A stretch of DNA of 64,000 nt from Candidatus Poribacteria bacterium (GCA_963665845.2 OY762492.1:992001-1056000); one strand, 5' to 3'; shown: positions 38,922-48,835, counted from the stretch's first letter. Program-made: numbers and translations. Notes: generated from the sequence alone by a model not told the origin.

Positions 38922-40381
38922 CTTCGTTTCTCCACAGGCGGCTCTGAACGCGGGCGCATTTCAAGCCACAGCTGATATGCGTCCTGCTGCCGCTTGATCA
39001 GTTCGCGCGTTTCAGGGTCCAGCTGCGGGTTGCTTTCAATAAAGGCGTCCATGATCATCTCGTAAGCGGCCGTCTGCTCCTCGCGAGTCTCAAACGGACG
39101 CCGCGGCGGAGGAGGCGGAGCCTCATGGACGCCAGGATCAGACGGTCCGACCGGCTCCTGCGACGGAGCGGCAGGCGCATCGGCAGAGGAAGCGGAGCCA
39201 GACGCATCTCTGCCCGGCGCGGCGCCTGAAGGCGGAGGAGTTGAAGGGCGCGTCGGCCAAGACCTTTCTCCCTTTTCTATTGCCCTCAACAGCGCCGCTG
39301 AATAGTCTAAAAAAACCATCCATTTCACCGTGTCCCACTCCTCTTCTTCGGCGACCGCCGGCGTCCAATTTTCCAAACGGCGCATGGCACCTTTCCATCC
39401 GCGGTCAGTCAGCTTGGCGATTCGGTCGTCGTAGTTGTAAAACTGGACCTCCTCCGGCGGAAGAACGTTGTCATCATCATCCACATAGAAGATCTTCACG
39501 CCCTCGGGAACGACTCCGTAATGCGTGATGAGATACTCCTGCTCATCCGACAGATTTGCCTTCCCCAGTTCGCCCAAATAAAATGTAGCTCCTGATTTGG
39601 GATCCAGATTCACGCGAACAATCGGCTCTTTGCTTTCAAAGCACATGTCCATCCACATCTTTAGCGTAGGCCATGTGCGAATCTTTCGGTCGATCGCCGC
39701 GTCGTCCACCTCCTCCCATGTGGCGCTTTCGGGAAGTCCTAGAGATTCTCGAGCGGTCGAGTATCTATCCTTCATCCTAGGAGGCATATTGATCGTGATC
39801 TCCTCCCTCAGCTTGTCTCTAACTCGGAAGTCCTCTATGTTGCGCCGCAACACTTGGGTGAATTCGATGTAGTCGCCGTAGTCCTTGACAACCGCTCCGC
39901 GCTCTAGAGCGCGCTCCAGAAGCGCTTTTGTGTTTTCAGGAGAATAGAGCGGATCGTTTGCCCTATGGGTGTTGATGCGCCTCCATCTGGCATCGAACGC
40001 CGCCATGAGCGCTTCAGCCGTTTGCGGCCCGTCGTACGGCAATTCCCGCTTGTCCCGCTTGCCGCTCTCCTCAAACCCCTGCGCTTTTTGCCATGCTTTC
40101 AGCTGGCTTGACCATGCTTTTGCGCTCCGCAGTACCTCGGGCGGCAGTTCCGCCGAGCCGGGATTTTCGATATCCGCTTTGATAAACTCCGTCATCGGAT
40201 CGTCATCTTGTAGGGAGGGGCGCATCTCCTTGAGAGGAGTCGCTTCGCCTCCGCTCATTTCGTCTGCCGCTGTCGGAGCGGATGCAGTCTCCTTTTCAGC
40301 GGCGCGGTTCGCAGCGAAGTACGAAACCGCGCAGATCAGAACCTGCAAGCCGACCAGCGCCGCTGTCCAATTCCAACTCAT
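38918..40381 (-). CDS. hypothetical membrane-anchored protein
   Basis: AAGGA RBS, N-terminal hydrophobic helix, Pro-rich C-terminal linker; no family recognised. Confidence 0.75.
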   Translation of the reverse strand: MSWNWTAALVGLQVLICAVSYFAANRAAEKETASAPTAADEMSGGEATPLKEMRPSLQDDDPMTEFIKADIENPGSAELPPEVLRSAKAWSSQLKAWQKAQGFEESGKRDKRELPYDGPQTAEALMAAFDARWRRINTHRANDPLYSPENTKALLERALERGAVVKDYGDYIEFTQVLRRNIEDFRVRDKLREEITINMPPRMKDRYSTARESLGLPESATWEEVDDAAIDRKIRTWPTLKMWMDMCFESKEPIVRVNLDPKSGATFYLGELGKANLSDEQEYLITHYGVVPEGVKIFYVDDDDNVLPPEEVQFYNYDDRIAKLTDRGWKGAMRRLENWTPAVAEEEEWDTVKWMVFLDYSAALLRAIEKGERSWPTRPSTPPPSGAAPGRDASGSASSADAPAAPSQEPVGPSDPGVHEAPPPPPRRPFETREEQTAAYEMIMDAFIESNPQLDPETRELIKRQQDAYQLWLEMRPRSEPPVEKRR

Positions 40382-40531
40382 GATGCGTCCTTCCTTGTTT
40401 TAAGGATCTGGGCGCAAGCCAAGTCCGTCGTGGGTGTGCGAGTCGCGCGACACATTAAAGCTATCGCCTGCGAATATTCCCTAAGCGCTACTGTCAGAGC
40501 GTATAATTGTTTCGAGATAGGCAACATGAAA

Positions 40532-40559
40532 AGCGTACCAAACCTATTCTGCGTGTCAA
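40532..40559 (-). promoter_or_regulatory. sigma70-type promoter TTGACA-N16-TACGCT (extended -10)
   Basis: would give a ~145-nt leader to CDS 38918..40381. Confidence 0.45.
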
Positions 40560-40569
40560 GCTTTTCATC

Positions 40570-40737
40570 CTGATCTCACGTCTTAAGTTGGGACATGCCG
40601 GCGGGCGAACGCGGACGGTTTCTGCGGCGCCTCTAGATTCCCGCTTACGCGGGAATGACGGTCTGGTTGGCGACGCCTTTTTCCCATGAATAAAGGCTTT
40701 GCTCATTCAAAAGTCCCTACTTTACACATGAGGTCAG
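40570..40737. mobile_element. putative MITE (168 bp) with 27-bp TIRs and internal REP
   Basis: left CTGATCTCACGTCTTAAGTTGGGACAT vs right rc CTGACCTCATGTGTAAAGTAGGGACTT (21/27); REP at 40636-40659. Confidence 0.75.
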
Positions 40738-40790
40738 GGCAGACGACCTAACCTTTCAGCGATGTCTTCACTTAAGGCGGTCGGGCGTCG

Positions 40791-41420
40791 TCAACGCTTC
40801 CGCAGTATCAAAAAGCGCGTCCCGTCATAAAACAGCCGCTCATACCCAAACGCCCGCTCAATCCACCGAAAGGTTCGATCCGAATACAACGCGGTATGCG
40901 ACGGAATGTTCAGATACCACCACTCGCCAAAATCGGTCTCCGCGCTGTGCGTCAGCGTCATGACGGCGAGATAACCCCCTGGACGCAGCATCTTTCCAAT
41001 GCGCTCCAGCTCAAGGCGCGGGTTCTCAAAATGCTCAAACGCTTCGGTGGAGATGACGCAATCGTAAGGACCCTCTAGATCGGCGTCCGGGAAAAAGAGC
41101 GGATCGTAGCCGGACGCTTCATATCCGCGCCGCTTCAACAGCTCCACCAGCACCGGACCCGGCCCGCACCCGTAATCCAGCGCCGACCGCATCCCCGCGC
41201 AATGCCGTTCCAGCAGGTCGATCTTCTCCTCAAACATGCGCACATACCCCTCGCACTCCATCGTGTTGTCGTGGAGCAGGTATTCGCGGCGCGCCTCCTC
41301 TTCGGTCGGGTGAAATTCAGGCGGCAAAAACACCAGATCGCACACAGGGCAGCGGTAGAAGGAACGCTCCCCCCGCCGGCGCATGAACGCGCCGATCCCA
41401 TCGCACAAAGGACAATGCAT
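40791..41420 (-). CDS. class I SAM-dependent methyltransferase with N-terminal CxxC..CxxC
   Basis: CPLC..CPVC, LDYGCGPG, YDP.F, STEAFEHF, LRPGGYL. Confidence 0.9.
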   Translation of the reverse strand: MHCPLCDGIGAFMRRRGERSFYRCPVCDLVFLPPEFHPTEEEARREYLLHDNTMECEGYVRMFEEKIDLLERHCAGMRSALDYGCGPGPVLVELLKRRGYEASGYDPLFFPDADLEGPYDCVISTEAFEHFENPRLELERIGKMLRPGGYLAVMTLTHSAETDFGEWWYLNIPSHTALYSDRTFRWIERAFGYERLFYDGTRFLILRKR

Positions 41421-41523
41421 GCCCGTTACCTTACAGAACCGCCCCGCCGATGACAAGAACGCTGTTGCCGAACGCCGTTTTCGAACGTTACGCTTAACGC
41501 ATCAGAAGAAGGGAGCATCACAT

Positions 41524-42300
41524 ATGACGATCATTCGATCTGCGGCGCTGATCATCTCCGCGGCGCTGCTTTTGAACGCCTCCACCGCCGGCGCCGGAAC
41601 ATGGGAAGAAGATTTCAGCGTCGATGGAGAATACCCGCCCAACTGGGTGATCTACAACTACGATCCGGAAATTGAGGGATGGTCGCAAGAAGGCGGCGTC
41701 TTAAAAGCATGGATCGGCTTTCCAGGTTTCTACTCTTGGCTCTTTCTGCATCCAAACGAAGCGAGTCCGCTCGGATGGTCAAATTACGAGGTGAAGGTAC
41801 GAGCGCGCTGGATGGAGTTCATCGATGAGTTTTCCGACCATGAGGACGACGCCTCACAGTTCGGAATCACCGTATACGATGGGCAGATGGCGCGCGGCAA
41901 CCCGCGTTACTGGCTCGGAATCAAGGTGAAAGGCGGAGAAGCGGAAATCAGCCGACCCTTAGCGGAAGACGGCGACGTCAAAGATGTGGAACGGACAACA
42001 GCCTCGGAGCCGTTTCAGGCGGAACGCGGCGAATGGATTCAACTGCGCGCGACCGTGACCACAACCGAAAACTCCGAAACGGTCGAGTTTCAGGTGAACG
42101 ACATGCCGCCCGTGACGCTGGAATCGGACGACCCGTACCGTTCCGGCTCCGTGGCGCTTTATGTGCGCGGCATCTCGGCGGAGTTTGACGACTTCTCGGC
42201 AACAGGGGGCGACATCCCCGACCATGCGGCAGGTCCCGCCTCCGTCTTACCGGCAGGCAAAGCCGCTGTCGCATGGGGAAGTCTCAAGCGTTCAGATTAA
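41524..42300 (+). CDS. secreted beta-sandwich protein with C-terminal VLPAGKAAVAWGSLK motif
   Basis: signal peptide (AGA), GTWEEDF, WSNYEV, SGSVAL, FDDF..TG.DIPD. Confidence 0.78.
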   Translation: MTIIRSAALIISAALLLNASTAGAGTWEEDFSVDGEYPPNWVIYNYDPEIEGWSQEGGVLKAWIGFPGFYSWLFLHPNEASPLGWSNYEVKVRARWMEFIDEFSDHEDDASQFGITVYDGQMARGNPRYWLGIKVKGGEAEISRPLAEDGDVKDVERTTASEPFQAERGEWIQLRATVTTTENSETVEFQVNDMPPVTLESDDPYRSGSVALYVRGISAEFDDFSATGGDIPDHAAGPASVLPAGKAAVAWGSLKRSD

Positions 42301-43337
42301 GGCTGAAACGGCGGCGGAAAGCGATCCGCAAAATGGCGGTACACATTGCCGACCCGCTCCACATACACATAACGGCGCCCGTCCGGACTCGCGGCAAACT
42401 CAACCGTGTCGCGCAGATGAACGGGCGCCGCCCCCTCCTCCAGCGACAGCGCATACAGCGCATTCTCTTCGGTCAGATACGCCAGCGCCTTGCCGTCCAT
42501 GAGCCAATAAAACCGCTTCACGCCGCCCGCCTCCGTCAGCTTGCGCGGCTGGGCGTCAAGGCGGTCTTCTTGTACCCACACATTCGCGCCCGCGCCGGCG
42601 CCAGAAATAAAACCTACGGCGGTTCCGTCCGGCGTCCAGCGCGGCTGATGATCCGATATGGACGTTCCGCCCAGCAGCTGCGCCTCTCCATGCGGTCCGT
42701 CCACAACCCAGATGTCGATGGAGTTGTTGACAAAGGCGACAAAGGCGAGGCGCGCGCCTGTCGGCGACCATGCGAGGCTGTTCTCCCTTGCCAGCGCCGG
42801 CGCGACCGCTGTCGGAACGCGCTCCTCCGCCTCCGTGTCGCCTGAAATCATCCACACATGCCCCGACGGGCTGCGGCGCGAATGAAACGCGATCCATAGC
42901 CCGTCCGCCGACCATTTCGGCATATAATCTCTCAACGGCGATTTGGTGAACCTTATCGGCAAAGCGTCCTGCGTCGCCGACCGCGCCCAGATGTCGTCGC
43001 CGCGAAAATCGGCGATCGGATGATCATGCACAATCCATCGCCCGTCCGGCGACCAGGACGGGTGGCTGTACTCGCTGTAACCGGTGATGGCGCGCGCGTC
43101 TTTCAGGTCCTCTCCCCGCGCGACGACAAGCCGACCCGTCTGCTCAAAAGCGATCGCGTCGCTCTGCTTTGACCACGACATCCAGCGCGGAACAGGTCCA
43201 ACAAACGTAACGTCGGGCGAATCTTTCCCGCCTAGATCGTCCGGCAGTTCGCCGCATCCAGCCGCCAGAATCAGCGTCAACGCGGCGATACAGACAAGGC
43301 GCGCCGCGTCCTTTTTTTTGTTAAAGATCGACCCCAT
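42297..43337 (-). CDS. TolB-like (PD40) lipoprotein
   Basis: lipobox AAGC; PSWSPDG, PKWSADG..IAF, WSPTG..LAF, PRWTPDG. Confidence 0.85.
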   Translation of the reverse strand: MGSIFNKKKDAARLVCIAALTLILAAGCGELPDDLGGKDSPDVTFVGPVPRWMSWSKQSDAIAFEQTGRLVVARGEDLKDARAITGYSEYSHPSWSPDGRWIVHDHPIADFRGDDIWARSATQDALPIRFTKSPLRDYMPKWSADGLWIAFHSRRSPSGHVWMISGDTEAEERVPTAVAPALARENSLAWSPTGARLAFVAFVNNSIDIWVVDGPHGEAQLLGGTSISDHQPRWTPDGTAVGFISGAGAGANVWVQEDRLDAQPRKLTEAGGVKRFYWLMDGKALAYLTEENALYALSLEEGAAPVHLRDTVEFAASPDGRRYVYVERVGNVYRHFADRFPPPFQP

Positions 43338-43338
43338 C

Positions 43339-44886
43339 TTAAAACCCTGCCTCCGATGAAGAGGCGGAGCGCCAGAATACGCCGTCGTCCGCCCCGTTTT
43401 GCGACCATATAAACGCCCATGAGTACAGCGAGGCGTCAAAACCTTCTTTCATGCCGTAGGTCTCCCGCGCGACGCCCACGGTCAGCTGCGGGCGGCTGCT
43501 CTTCAAACGCACAATCAGATATAAAAGCCGATTCCATGCGCCCCAGCGCGGGTCGATGATGTCGGGCGGATTCTCCGCGTCGAGATTCGGCGCAATCTGC
43601 CCGTCCAGTATGAGACCGTCCAGCTCCAGGTCCTGCGTCAGCCCCAGCAGCGTCTGCTCCAAGTATTGCCCGTATTCGGAGTCGATCTGCGCGAGAACGC
43701 CGCTTTGCCCGCGCCATTCCATCGGCTGTCCGGCGCTCCATTCAGGGTTCTGTTCAATCAGGGAGCCGCCGTCCGGCAGCCATGCCGCCGGCGTCCACAG
43801 CCCGAAGCGCAAGCCCGCCGCCTTTGTCCGTTCGGCCGTTTCCGTCAGCTGAACCCATTCGCCGCGCTCCTCGTCGCGCCCCTGCTGCCAAGCGTACGGG
43901 ACGCACACCAGCGACCCCGCCGGCAGATTCAACAGCTCTTGCTCGCTCGGATGCCGCGTTTTCAGGACGACAAGGTTTCCGGCGTCTGACGCGAGATGAT
44001 TCGCCCGCCGCGCCGCGTCAAACAGCGCCGTCCATTCCGCGTTCGCGCTCTCCGGCTCCGTCTCCGAACTCAGCCAAAGATACGCCGGCGGAAGATGTAC
44101 CGTCTCCCCCGGGTGAAGCCAAACGGAACCGTTTAAACCTGCCGACAGCGCGCCGTTCCTGCCTGCAGACAACCGCTTCAACGGCCCCGGCGCCGCGTTC
44201 ATAACGCCGAGCCATGCTTCTCCCGCCTGAAGCCAGATCAGCCCGCTCTCCTCTCCGCCGACGATCGGAAGATTCGTTTGAACAAGCGACCGCCCGTTCA
44301 CCCACCGGCGCGCCGACGAAACAGGACGAAGATTCAACCGCTCCGTCTCCGCCCGGCGCAGCTCAAACGGCGCCTCGCCCGTGTTCGTCACCGCCATGCG
44401 CTTGCCGAACAGCGGCTTGTCTGGATGCGCGTTATAGTGCAGCTCAACGCGCATCCCAGGCTCGACGCTCTCAAAGACAAGCCGCAACTGCTGCAATCCA
44501 TCCCCCATCGCCAACTTTTCATGAGAAACATACATCATGTCGCCGCCGTACCCCTGCCGCTTTGCGCCGCCGATGTCCAGCAGCCACTCGTCCGACAGCG
44601 AAGCGACCGCCTCATACCCTCCTTTTTTCAAGCGGAAGGAGCCTGTAACAACGCCTTTCTTTTCGTCATGGATCCACAGCTGCCGTTCCGCCCAGCCGTT
44701 GCCGAGGGTGAAGACGTTCTGCGCCCTGCTATACGCGATGTAGGCGCCGCGGGGAGGGCGCGTCTCGCCGGGCGCCGGCTGGGCGGGCTGTATGAGCGGC
44801 GTCGACTCCACAACAGGGCGGTAACAACCGCGCCCGCATATTAAAAAAAACGCTGCGAAAGCGGCAACAACAAAACGCCGCATCAT
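43339..44886 (-). CDS. secreted alpha-galactosidase (GH36)-like protein, degenerate
   Basis: TLGNG..ER, GLRFGLW, NPEW, LDGLILDG; signal/lipoprotein N-terminus; ATGA overlap. Confidence 0.5.
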   Translation of the reverse strand: MMRRFVVAAFAAFFLICGRGCYRPVVESTPLIQPAQPAPGETRPPRGAYIAYSRAQNVFTLGNGWAERQLWIHDEKKGVVTGSFRLKKGGYEAVASLSDEWLLDIGGAKRQGYGGDMMYVSHEKLAMGDGLQQLRLVFESVEPGMRVELHYNAHPDKPLFGKRMAVTNTGEAPFELRRAETERLNLRPVSSARRWVNGRSLVQTNLPIVGGEESGLIWLQAGEAWLGVMNAAPGPLKRLSAGRNGALSAGLNGSVWLHPGETVHLPPAYLWLSSETEPESANAEWTALFDAARRANHLASDAGNLVVLKTRHPSEQELLNLPAGSLVCVPYAWQQGRDEERGEWVQLTETAERTKAAGLRFGLWTPAAWLPDGGSLIEQNPEWSAGQPMEWRGQSGVLAQIDSEYGQYLEQTLLGLTQDLELDGLILDGQIAPNLDAENPPDIIDPRWGAWNRLLYLIVRLKSSRPQLTVGVARETYGMKEGFDASLYSWAFIWSQNGADDGVFWRSASSSEAGF

Positions 44887-45821
44887 GAACCTGTCCACAC
44901 ATTGCGCGGATCGGGCGGCTCGCCGTTTAAGACGCGCAGCACATTCTCCGCCGTCTCGACGCAGAGACGCCGATACGCGCCCTCAACCAGCGCCGCCGAA
45001 TGGGGAGTCAACACAACTTGCTCAAACGCAAAAAGCGGGTGGTCAGGGGGAGGCGGCTCCTCCGCCATCACATCCGCCGCAAAGGCGCGCAGCTTGCCCG
45101 TCTTCAGCGCCTGTATCAGCGCCGACTCGTCCAGAACGGCGCCGCGCGCGCAGTTCACCAGAACGGCTCCTTCTTTCATCGCGTCCAACGCCGCCGCGTT
45201 CATCATCCCGCGCGTCGAGTCGTTCAGGTTCACATGAATCGAAACGACATCGGAACGCCGAAGCAGCTCCTCAAACGAAACCCGCTCAAACCGCGCATCG
45301 ACAGACGATCGGGTCGAGTAAAGAACATGCATGTTGAGCGCGGAAGCGATCTCGGCAACGCGCGCGCCGATGCGCCCTAAACCGACAATGCCGATCGTCC
45401 GCCCCGCGAGGTCGAACGCGGGCGGGTCCGTCTGACGAGAATCCCATTCGCCGTTTTTGACGCGCGCCGTCCAGGACGGTATGCGCCTTCCCGCCGCCAG
45501 CATGAGCGCGATGGCATGCTCCGCCGTCGTTTCGGTCACCGCGTCGGGCGCGTAGATGATGTTAATGCCACGTTCAACAGCCGCCTGAACATCCAGATTG
45601 TCAAGCCCAGAGCCGGCGCGGGCGGCGCATTTTAGGTCAGGGTTTGCCGACAACATCGCCGCGTCAATCGTTCCGCGTCCGCGCGTGATGACCGCGTCAA
45701 CGCCCTTCGCCAGCGCGGCGTTGTCAGGCGACGAGGGTATCGGCGCGCGCAGAACCTCCGCCTCCGACTCCAACAGCGCCTCCGCGTCCGGATGCAGCGA
45801 CTCCAACAGCAGAATGCGCAT
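44883..45821 (-). CDS. D-isomer-specific 2-hydroxyacid dehydrogenase (SerA-like)
   Basis: RAGSGLDNLD, AEHAIAL, GIVGLGRIG, VNCARG, DV..EP, TPHSA. Confidence 0.93.
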   Translation of the reverse strand: MRILLLESLHPDAEALLESEAEVLRAPIPSSPDNAALAKGVDAVITRGRGTIDAAMLSANPDLKCAARAGSGLDNLDVQAAVERGINIIYAPDAVTETTAEHAIALMLAAGRRIPSWTARVKNGEWDSRQTDPPAFDLAGRTIGIVGLGRIGARVAEIASALNMHVLYSTRSSVDARFERVSFEELLRRSDVVSIHVNLNDSTRGMMNAAALDAMKEGAVLVNCARGAVLDESALIQALKTGKLRAFAADVMAEEPPPPDHPLFAFEQVVLTPHSAALVEGAYRRLCVETAENVLRVLNGEPPDPRNVWTGS

Positions 45822-46324
45822 CAGCTGGTCGGCTTTCCGCCGTGGTAAAGCGTCGCGTTTTCGCCGCGAACGCCGCGGGCGTCCGCGCGCCCAGAGACAT
45901 AAATATCGCCCGAATCGAACAGCGCGTCTTTGCGGACATCGTCGCCGACCCGTTCGCCGCGCGGGTCCGAGATCTCGATCAGGTTGCCCGACGGGTCGCG
46001 GATAAACATCTGCATCACATTGTCTTTCAGCTCCCGAACCTTCCCCCAAGGCGAGGTGTCGATGATCCCCATCTCCTTGAACTTATGGAAGCAGGCGGTG
46101 AAGTTGTCCACCCGAACGCACAGATGCCCGCGGAAACTGGGCGTGTCCTCCCACTCGCTCAGATGCAGCTGCTGCCGCTCGTTGATCTTGTAAAACATGA
46201 CCGGGTAGTCGAACGCGAGCGCGGGCAGCTCCTCTAGGTTCAGCACGTTTGTGTAAAAATCGCGCGCCTTCTCCAGGTCGTCCACGATCAGCGTGACATG
46301 GTTGATTTCGTTGACCCGTATCAT
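45821..46324 (-). CDS. VOC/glyoxalase family protein
   Basis: INHVTL.VDDLEKARDFY..VL, HLC..V, FIRDPSGNLIEI. Confidence 0.92.
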   Translation of the reverse strand: MIRVNEINHVTLIVDDLEKARDFYTNVLNLEELPALAFDYPVMFYKINERQQLHLSEWEDTPSFRGHLCVRVDNFTACFHKFKEMGIIDTSPWGKVRELKDNVMQMFIRDPSGNLIEISDPRGERVGDDVRKDALFDSGDIYVSGRADARGVRGENATLYHGGKPTS

Positions 46325-46371
46325 TTTCCGTTCCTTTCGTTAAAGCGATGATTTCCCCGCCCCGTAAACCG

Positions 46372-46866
46372 TCATTCCGAACCTCTTTCGGCGCGCATGC
46401 TGCGTATCACGGCGGCGAAAGCGAACATCAATACTGCAACGGCTATCGTCATCAAGGGCCAGAAGAGGAGTGATGGACGCTTCTGCATCATTGCAATGCC
46501 CCCGTCCATTACAAAGCTCATCTGCCCTTCGATCACCGTAACAACGATTTCCTCGGGCGTTTCATACCCTTCCGCTTCAATGCGTACAGTGTAGTCGCCA
46601 GGTTCCAATCTTAACGCCATAAATACGCCGTCGGAACTGGTCGACGTCACTTCGCTGGGCATGTCGCGGTTTAAGTTGCGCGTGTAATGAACGACAGCGT
46701 TTTCAATCGGCTCGCCTGTCGATATCGAGTACACGCGCCCTTGGATCCCTGGTAGCAGATCTTTTTCCCTGATGACGACCTTTGCCTGGGAGGTTGTCCC
46801 GAATAAGAACAACGCCGCGCCGACCGCCGCAACGATTTTAAACGCTCTCATCGTTCCGCGCTCCAT
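46372..46866 (-). CDS. carboxypeptidase-regulatory-like domain membrane protein
   Basis: signal peptide; IQGRV....TGEPIENA.V, T.SDG.F...LEPGDYTV..EAEGY; C-terminal TM. Confidence 0.8.
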   Translation of the reverse strand: MERGTMRAFKIVAAVGAALFLFGTTSQAKVVIREKDLLPGIQGRVYSISTGEPIENAVVHYTRNLNRDMPSEVTSTSSDGVFMALRLEPGDYTVRIEAEGYETPEEIVVTVIEGQMSFVMDGGIAMMQKRPSLLFWPLMTIAVAVLMFAFAAVIRSMRAERGSE

Positions 46867-46879
46867 GAATTCAGCCTCC

Positions 46880-47698
46880 TCAATCCCATGGCTTTGCCAA
46901 ATCCCTCAGCCGCCGTTTCGGTTCCTCCGCCCATTTTCGCCGCAGCTCCTCCATGACGGCTCGGCGCGTAACCGCCTCCCCGCGGGCGGACACCGCCTCC
47001 GCCGCCTCCCGCCGTTCATGCAGCGCCAACCGCGCATGCGCATGAAAAAGCCGTATGCAGCTCATGCCCATCAGCGGAACGCCGACAATCGTCGCCGTCC
47101 AGAAAACCGCCATGATGAGAGTAACACATGCCGCGCCAAAGGTGAAGAGCGGGCTTTCTAGGGTCAGCAGCGCGGCGCGCTTCATCGTGAACAAAACGCG
47201 CGGCGAATCGCCCTCAACCCGCGCGGCGACGGGCGACCAGTAACACGCGGACGCCGCAAAAAACGCGAATGCCCATACCGTCAACCCGGCGGCAACCATG
47301 TTTCCATAGACGCCCAGCGCGCCCCACACCTGTCCGGCATAAAAAAGAAAGCTGGCGCACAACGCGGCAGCAATCAGCGCCGCCGCCGCCATTAAAAGCG
47401 TTCCCCGCCAAAAATGCGCGCGCAGCCCCCGCCAGAAATCGCGCAGCGAGGCGTCCCCCCCTTCCGCCAACCCTTGCGTCGTCTCCGCCAGCGCCAGACC
47501 GGCTGGGTTATGAAAAATCGCCGCAACCCCCGCCAAATACGCCGCCAACGGAACCGCCCCAAACAGCGGCATACTGACAAGAACGACCAACAGCAAGAAC
47601 GGAAGCGTCAACAAAAACCAGAGCAGATTGGCGAGTATCAGCATACCGAGCGAGTCGTATAGGCTCCACAGCGAACGGGAAAGCGCGCGGCGAAGCAT
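46880..47698 (-). CDS. YesL/DUF624-like integral membrane protein
   Basis: LILANLLW, P...AL, DFWRG....F; several TM helices. Confidence 0.6.
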   Translation of the reverse strand: MLRRALSRSLWSLYDSLGMLILANLLWFLLTLPFLLLVVLVSMPLFGAVPLAAYLAGVAAIFHNPAGLALAETTQGLAEGGDASLRDFWRGLRAHFWRGTLLMAAAALIAAALCASFLFYAGQVWGALGVYGNMVAAGLTVWAFAFFAASACYWSPVAARVEGDSPRVLFTMKRAALLTLESPLFTFGAACVTLIMAVFWTATIVGVPLMGMSCIRLFHAHARLALHERREAAEAVSARGEAVTRRAVMEELRRKWAEEPKRRLRDLAKPWD

Positions 47699-48579
47699 CA
47701 ACCGACCGCCGCCTGCGCCAGCGCGATGGCGCCCAACACGCCCGATTGATCGCCCAGCCCCGGCGGGACGATATACCGCTCCGTCTCCTCCAAAATCATC
47801 GGGCTTTGAATATACCCGTTCAGGCGGGCGCGCGTCTTCTCCCGAACGGCGCGGATGAGCGGCGCATGCTTCATGACGCCCCCGCCCAAAACGATGCGCT
47901 GCGGCGACAGAATGCAGATGAACGACGCCAGCGCCATCCCCAGATAATGCGCCTCCAGCTCCCAAGCGGGATGATCGTCAGGCAGCTCTTCAACGGGCGT
48001 CCCCCATCGCGCTTGAATTGCAGGACCGCTTGCAAGCCCCTCTAGGCAATCGCCATGGTAGGGGCAGACGCCTTCGAACGGATCGACAGACGGGTCGCGC
48101 GGCAGGGCGATATGCCCCATTTCAGGGTGAAGCAGCCCGCGCATCGGTTTGCCGTTCGCCATTCCTCCGCCGCCGATTCCTGTCCCGACGGTGAGGTATA
48201 AAAATGTGTCCAGCTCTTGCGCGGCGCCCCATTTCCATTCGCCCAGCGCCGCCGCGTTCACATCCGTGTCGAAGCCGACGGGAACGTCAAGGGCGGACTG
48301 AACGGCGCCGACAAAGTCCACATTCGCCCATCCAGGCTTCGGCGTTGTTGTGATATAGCCGTATGAGGAGGAGGCGGGATTCGGGTCGATCGGACCGAAG
48401 GAGGCGATGCCGACCGCGTCCACCGGTCCATGCTGTTTAAAAAAATCGACCGCTGTTGACAGCGTTTCGTTTGGCGTTGTTGTCGGATAACGGATTTCAT
48501 GGCGGATATCGTCCGGCGCCGTTCCGACAGCGCATACAAACTTCGTTCCGCCCGCTTCGATCCCGCCCCAGAGAGCCAT
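47698..48579 (-). CDS. ROK family fructokinase
   Basis: [62 protein letters not shown]. Confidence 0.95.
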   Translation of the reverse strand: MALWGGIEAGGTKFVCAVGTAPDDIRHEIRYPTTTPNETLSTAVDFFKQHGPVDAVGIASFGPIDPNPASSSYGYITTTPKPGWANVDFVGAVQSALDVPVGFDTDVNAAALGEWKWGAAQELDTFLYLTVGTGIGGGGMANGKPMRGLLHPEMGHIALPRDPSVDPFEGVCPYHGDCLEGLASGPAIQARWGTPVEELPDDHPAWELEAHYLGMALASFICILSPQRIVLGGGVMKHAPLIRAVREKTRARLNGYIQSPMILEETERYIVPPGLGDQSGVLGAIALAQAAVG

Positions 48580-48613
48580 CGCGCCGCCTCTTTCCTGCCA
48601 TGATAGACGGCTT

Positions 48614-48642
48614 ATTTTAACGCAGATATGCCCATCAAGCAA
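48614..48642 (-). promoter_or_regulatory. sigma70-type promoter TTGCTT-N17-TAAAAT
   Basis: consensus spacing upstream of fructokinase. Confidence 0.5.
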
Positions 48643-48675
48643 GCTCTGCGCGCTGACATTGAAGCTTTAGCGGAG

Positions 48676-48785
48676 GTCTGAACTAAGATGAAAGGATTTC
48701 AAAGATTGCCAGGAACGTTGCGTTGCCGATTTCAGCATTATCCGATCCTGTCCATCTTTTCAATCTTGGCAATCCTAGTTCAGAC
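48676..48785. mobile_element. 110-bp inverted-repeat element (second MITE-like type)
   Basis: GTCTGAACTAAGAT / ATCCTAGTTCAGAC terminal IR (13/14) with internal AGGAT/AAGAT and ATCCT/ATCTT sub-repeats. Confidence 0.6.
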
Positions 48786-48835
48786 GGCAGCGGAAGTTGA
48801 CGCCGAATGTTGAACGCAGACGGTTTCGGGATGGC

